Assembly: GCF_009914755.1 (NCBI RefSeq)
Contig: NC_060935.1
DNA from: the human T2T-CHM13v2.0 reference genome, Homo sapiens
Direction: 5' to 3' (one strand)
DNA: 64,000 bases
Shown: piece by piece, positions 58,718 to 64,000 of the stretch
How the letters are laid out: each line of letters starts with the position of its first letter
How positions within the stretch are numbered: the first letter of the stretch is position 1
Position numbers and translations under genes: made by a program
Notes under the pieces: generated by a model
What the model saw: the letters and a program-made list of their open reading frames with translations, nothing else
Databases searched by the model: none
What the model was told of the DNA's origin: nothing

Positions 58718-58737
58718 AATTGCCATCTAGTGGCAAG
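58718..58737 (-). promoter_or_regulatory. Candidate CTCF site
   Basis: Minus strand TTGCCACTAGATGGCAATT matches the CTCF core CCASYAGRKGGCR. Confidence 0.6.
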
Positions 58738-59971
58738 GAGAGAAAACACACCTGGTAGCTTGGGAAAGAAAAGAAGTTTCTTTAGGATATCAAGCCTGTA
58801 GCTCGTCTTTCAATCTTTGGCTATGAAATGACTTTGAAAATTTGCTAATTTTCTACTTTCTCAAAAATTCAAGAAAGTTGAACAATTGGCCCCAAATTAG
58901 TTACATTTCCAACAGAAAACGTCATTTCTTTGACATGTGCTATGCATTGTACATATTTTCACATTTAATCTCCACAGCAACTCTGCAAGCTGAACAGTTT
59001 TATTATCCACATCTTGAATATGAATATATATAAGATTTAAATAACTTTTCCAATGTCCTAGAGCTTTTAGATGACAGAGTTGGGATTAAACCCTAGTCTT
59101 TCTGAGGACAAACTTGAGTTACATTGTCTACCTACCTGTAGGTAGCTTTGAACGTGTGCTAAAGGAACTAGTTCTTATTAGACATCAGCAAGTGTTTGCT
59201 AAAGCCAAGTCAACTAAATATTGTTATGAAGAAAATGCTCAGATCTAGGATTTATAGAGGGAAATTACCGACATAAAGTTCAGCTGAGCACAAGGAGCTT
59301 TCTAGCAATTAGATCTGCCTACAGTGGAACAGGATTCCTTAGCAGGCAGACATGCATGGGTTGCTGTGGGGGACTGGCAGAACACAAATGTGTTTTGTTT
59401 CATCCAAGCCATGTCTTGTATACATTTGTATTTAAATGCTTTGTCTGGGTGTTATTTCTTGTTTGCCACCATCTCAATCTTTTCCTAAATAATACACCTG
59501 GCCCTCACATATTTACTTTACCTTCCTGGTGTGGTAAGCATTTAGGTTGATGACCACTGAGTGACTGACAGGTGTTTAAGAGGATATCCTATCATATATT
59601 TGATGGGTTACCAACACTATAAAACTATCCTATCAATTTTTTTAATAGGAGTGTTAATACAAATAACTTAGTCTACCATTATCATAAACTTTTTTTTTGC
59701 ACAAAATAGGTAAAAATGTAAGGAAGAAGAAAAGATAACAACAATAACTGGCATTTATTGAGTAATGTTACTCTCAGTGACCATAAACTCTGATTTTCTG
59801 AGTTTTGAGCTCGTTATGCTTGTTGTTTCTGTGCAATTATTAATACAGTCCTCTTTCATGTTAAAAATATCCTTTACTCTGGGTTCCCCCAGTCTGTTCC
59901 CCAGGGTCAGCCTTTGCTATTAGTATCTTGTCCTTTACTTTGGAAATTTCTGTATATATAAATTATATAGG

Positions 59972-60378
59972 CATATATATATATATATATATGCATATGT
60001 ACTGGCACATATATATGCATATGTACTTGCACATATATATATGCATATGTACTTGCACATATATATGCATATGTACTTGCACATATATATATGCATATGT
60101 ACTTGCATATATATGCATATGTACTTGCATATATATATGCATATGTACTTGCATATATATATATGCATATGTACTTGCATATATATATATGCATATGTAC
60201 TTGCATATGTATATGCATATGTACTTGCATATGTATATGCATATGTACTTGCATATGTATATGCATATGTACTTGCATATGTATATGCATATGTACTTGC
60301 ATATGTATTTGCATATGTACTTGCATATGTATATGCATATGTACTTGCATATGTATATGCATATGTACTTGCATATAT
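59972..60378 (+). repeat. 22-26-bp-unit minisatellite (GCATATGTACTTGCATATGTATAT)n, 16 units
   Basis: GTACT anchor recurs 16 times from 59999 to 60365. Confidence 0.95.
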
Positions 60379-60519
60379 TGCCTTTCTGAAAGAAAAAAGT
60401 AAATAGGACTACATTATATGCATTGTTCTTGACCTTACGTTCTTTTTTAATCTAGCTTGCCTTAGAAATTTTTTTTCAATACACAAACCAAATGTTAAAT
60501 TTAGCATGAATGTATGGCT

Positions 60520-61365
60520 GCTTTTTTAAAACTTTTAATTTAAAAATGATTATAGATTCACATGAAGTTGCAAAGATAATACAGAGGTGACTCATGTATC
60601 CTTCATCCAGTTTTCCCCAATGATTACATCTTACATAATCATAGTACAATATCTAAACTAGGCAGTTGGTACAATGTGTGTATATTCTCTGTCATTCTAT
60701 CACATGTGTAGATTCATGGAAACACTGTTGCAATCAATATCCACAACTAGTCCATCACCATGAAGATCTCCTTTGTGCTGCTTTTTTATAGTTACACCTG
60801 TCCCCTGGCCTCCCACTATCCTTAAACCCTGGCACCGGCTAATCTGTTTTCTGTATCTATAATTTTGTCATGTAGAGAATATACAAATGGAATCATAAGT
60901 CTGTGACTTAAAAATTTTTTTAATTAAAAAATATATTTAGGGGGTACAAGTGCAGGTTTCTTACATGCCTATATCGTGTAGCATTGAAGTCTGGGCTTTT
61001 AATGTACTTATCATCCAAATAGTGAACACTGTACCCAACAGGTAATTTTCTGTCCCTCATCCCCCTCCCACCCTCCTACCTCTTGTCGTCTCCAATGTCA
61101 ATTCTTACAATCCGTGTGTCTGTGTGTACCCATTGTTTAGCTCCTACTTATAAGTGAGAACATGCTAGTATTTTGACTTTCTGTTTCTGAGTTATTTTAC
61201 TTAGGATAATGTCATCCAGTTCCATCTGGGCTTTTGCAAAAGACATGATTTTATTCCTTTATCCATATTTCCTTTATCCAATTCTCTGTTGATGGACACT
61301 TAAGTTGATTCCATATTTTTGCTATTGTGAATAGTGCTGTGATAAACATACATGTACAAGTATCT
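60520..61365 (-). mobile_element. Old L1 3' ends (L1MB/MC-like, then L1PB-like)
   Basis: TATAGATTCACATGAAGTTGCAAAG...; second 3' end TTTAGGGGGTACAAGTGCAG at about 60935. Confidence 0.75.
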
Positions 61366-61366
61366 C

Positions 61367-64000
61367 TTTTTTCAACTTTCATTTTAGGTTCAGGGGTACA
61401 TGTACAGCTTTGTTATATGGGTACATTGCATGTCTCTGAAGTTTGGTGTACAGATAATTTTGTCTTCTAGATAGTGAGCATAGTACTCAATAGGTAGTTT
61501 TGTGACACTCACTCTTCTCTTAACCTCTCCCCTGAAGTAGGCCACAATGCATGTTGTTCCTATTTTTGTGTCCATGTGTACTCAGTGTTTAGCTCCCACT
61601 TATAAGTTAGAACATGTGGTATTTGATTTTCTGTTCCTCCATTTATTCACTTAATATAATGATCTCCAGCTGCATTCATGTTTCTGCAAATGACATCATT
61701 TTGGTTTTTTAATGGCTGCATAGTATTCCATGATATATATGTACCACATTTTATTTATCCAGTCCATCACTGATGAGCATCTAGTTGATTCCATATCTTT
61801 ATTATTGTGAATATCACTGTGATGAACATACATGTCTTTTTGGTTGAATGATTTATGTTCCTTTGGGTATATATGCAGTAATGGGATTGCTAGGTAAAAT
61901 GGTAGTTCTGTTTTAAGTTCTTTGAGAAATGTTTAAACTTTCTATAGCTCTTCACAGGGCTGAACTAATTTACATTCCATCAGTAGCGTATAAGCATTCC
62001 CTATTCTAGATGACCTCACTAGCATCTGTTATTTTTTTACTTTTTAATAATAGCCGTTCTGACTGGTGTGAGCTAGTATCCATTGTGGTTTTGATTTGCA
62101 TTTCTGTAATGCTTAGTGATGTTGAGCATTGTTTCATATGCTTGCTGGCTAAGATTATGTCTTCTCTTGAAAGGTGTCAGTTGATATCCTTTGCCCACTT
62201 TTTAGTGGGGTTGTTTGTTTTTTGCTTGTTGATTTAAGTTCGTTGTAGATTCTGGATAAAGGGACTGTTGTCAGATGCATACTTTGTGAGTATTTTCTCC
62301 CATTTTGTAGGTTGTCTGTTTATTGTTGATACTTTCTTTTTCTGTGCAGAAACTCTTCAGTTTAATTAGGTCCTACTTGTCAATTTCTGTTTTTTTAGGT
62401 GTATTGGTAGTTTCATAGGAATAGCATTGAATCTGTAAATTGCTTTGGATATTATGGCCATTTTAACAATATTGATTCTTCCTATCCATGAGCATGGAAT
62501 ATTTTTCCATTTGTGTCACCTGTGATTTTTGTCAGCAGTGTTTGCAATTCTTGTTGTATAGTTTGTTTACCTCTCTGCTTAGCTGTATTTTTAGTTATTT
62601 TATTCTCTTTGTGGATATCATGAATGGGATTGCATTCTTGGTTTGGTTGTCAGTTTGGAACATTATTGGTGTGTAGAAATGTTATTGACTTTTGTACATT
62701 GATTTGTATGCTTAAACTTTGCTGAAGTTGTTTATTAGTTCTAGGAGCCTTTAGGTAGAGACTATGGAGTTTTCTAGGCATAATCCACATTGTCTGTGCA
62801 GAGAGATAGTTTGATTTTCTCTCTTTCTATTTGGATACCTTTTATTTCCTTCTCTTTCCTGATTGCTCTGGCTATGTTGTATAGGAGTGGTGACAGTGAA
62901 CATCCTTGTCTTGTTCTGGTTCTCAAGGGGAATGCTTCCAACTTTTGCACGTGTTCAGTACGATGTTGACTGTGGGTTTGTCATAGATGGCTCTTATTAT
63001 TTTGAGGTATGTTCCTTCAATGCCTAGTCTGTTAAGGGTTTTTACATGAAAGAGGACGAATTTTGGTTTTGCGTGTTGAACCAATCTTCCATCACAAGAA
63101 TAAAGCCCTACTTGATTGTGGTGAATTAGCTTTCAGTTTATTAGTATTTTGGATTCAGTTTACTAGTATTTTGTTGAAGATTTTTGCATCTATGTTCATC
63201 AGGGATTTTGATCTGAAGTTTTCTTTTTCATTGTGTCTCTGCCAGGTTTTGGTATCAGAATGATATTGGCCTCATAGCATGAGTTAGGGAGGAGTCACCT
63301 CTTCAATTTTTTGAAATATTTTTAGTTGGATTGGTACCAGCTCTTCTTTGTACATCTGGTCGAATTTAGCTATGAATTCATGTGCTTTAGGACTTTTTCT
63401 GGTTTGTAGGTTTTTTATTACTAATTCAATTTCAGAATTTTTTATTGGTCTATTCAGGATTACAACTTTTTCCCGGTTCAGTCTTGGCAGGTTGCATGTT
63501 TTTAGAAATTTATCCATTTCTTCTAGGTTTTCTAGTGTGTGTGCGTAGTGATGTTCATAATAGTTCCTGAGGGTTTTTTGTATTTCTGTGGGGTCAGTGG
63601 TAATGTCACCTTTGTCATTTCTCATTGTGTTTATTTGGGCCTTCTCTCTCTCTCTCTTTTTATTAATCTAGCTACTGGTCTATCAATTCCTTTTATTCTT
63701 TCAAAAAACCAACTTTTGGTTTCAATGATCTTTTGCATGGATTTTCATATCTCAATTTCATCCACTTCAGCTCGATTTGGGTTATTTCTTTTTTTTCTGC
63801 AAGCTTTGGGGTTGCTTTTCTTTTCTTTTTCTAGTTTTTTTAGGTGTGATGTTAGGTTGTTCATTTGATAGCTTTCTAACTTCTTGATGGGCATTTAGTG
63901 CTATAAACTTTCCTCTTAACACTTCTTGGCTGTGTCCTAGACATTCTGGTATGTTGTATCTTTGTTCTCAATAGTTTAAAGAATTTATTGATTTCTGCCT
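61367..64000 (-). mobile_element. L1PA13-16-like element running off the right edge, with an internal deletion near 62395
   Basis: 3' end TTCAACTTTCATTTTAGGTTCAGGGGTACATG; ORF2 remnant [16 protein letters not shown] (63284-63625). Confidence 0.9.

Noticed and set aside
59907-60406. Multiple repetitive ORFs (MQVHMHIH, ICICT...)
   Set aside because: Artefacts of a stop-free minisatellite that is open in several frames.

Overview
Human (primate) genomic DNA from the matrix-metalloproteinase cluster. Bases 1-17.6k hold the 5' half of MMP20 (enamelysin) on the minus strand. Coding exons 1-5 (126, 248, 149, 126 and 162 nt) all have GT-AG junctions, splice into one open frame, and carry the signal peptide, cysteine switch PRCGVPD, zinc motif [11 protein letters not shown] and Met-turn. 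A TATA box and an AP-1-like site lie upstream; later exons fall off the left edge. The remaining ~46 kb is repeat-dense upstream DNA (Alus, nested L1s, solo LTRs, DNA-transposon fossils, L2/MIR) with no other supportable protein-coding gene. I found no convincing new gene system. Three things stand out. (1) A very recent ~625-bp local templated insertion with a 15-bp palindromic target-site duplication and no poly(A), about 20 bp from an older ~165-bp local copy event, which suggests a recurrent capture site. (2) A ~530-bp degenerate 11-bp-period array that replaces an Alu right arm and is packed with phased DR5, E-box and TGTCA motifs. (3) A sense-oriented solo LTR in MMP20 intron 1 carrying an AP-1/ARE site and a poly(A) signal. 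Repeat family names are recalled from consensus sequences rather than searched, and all counts were made by eye.
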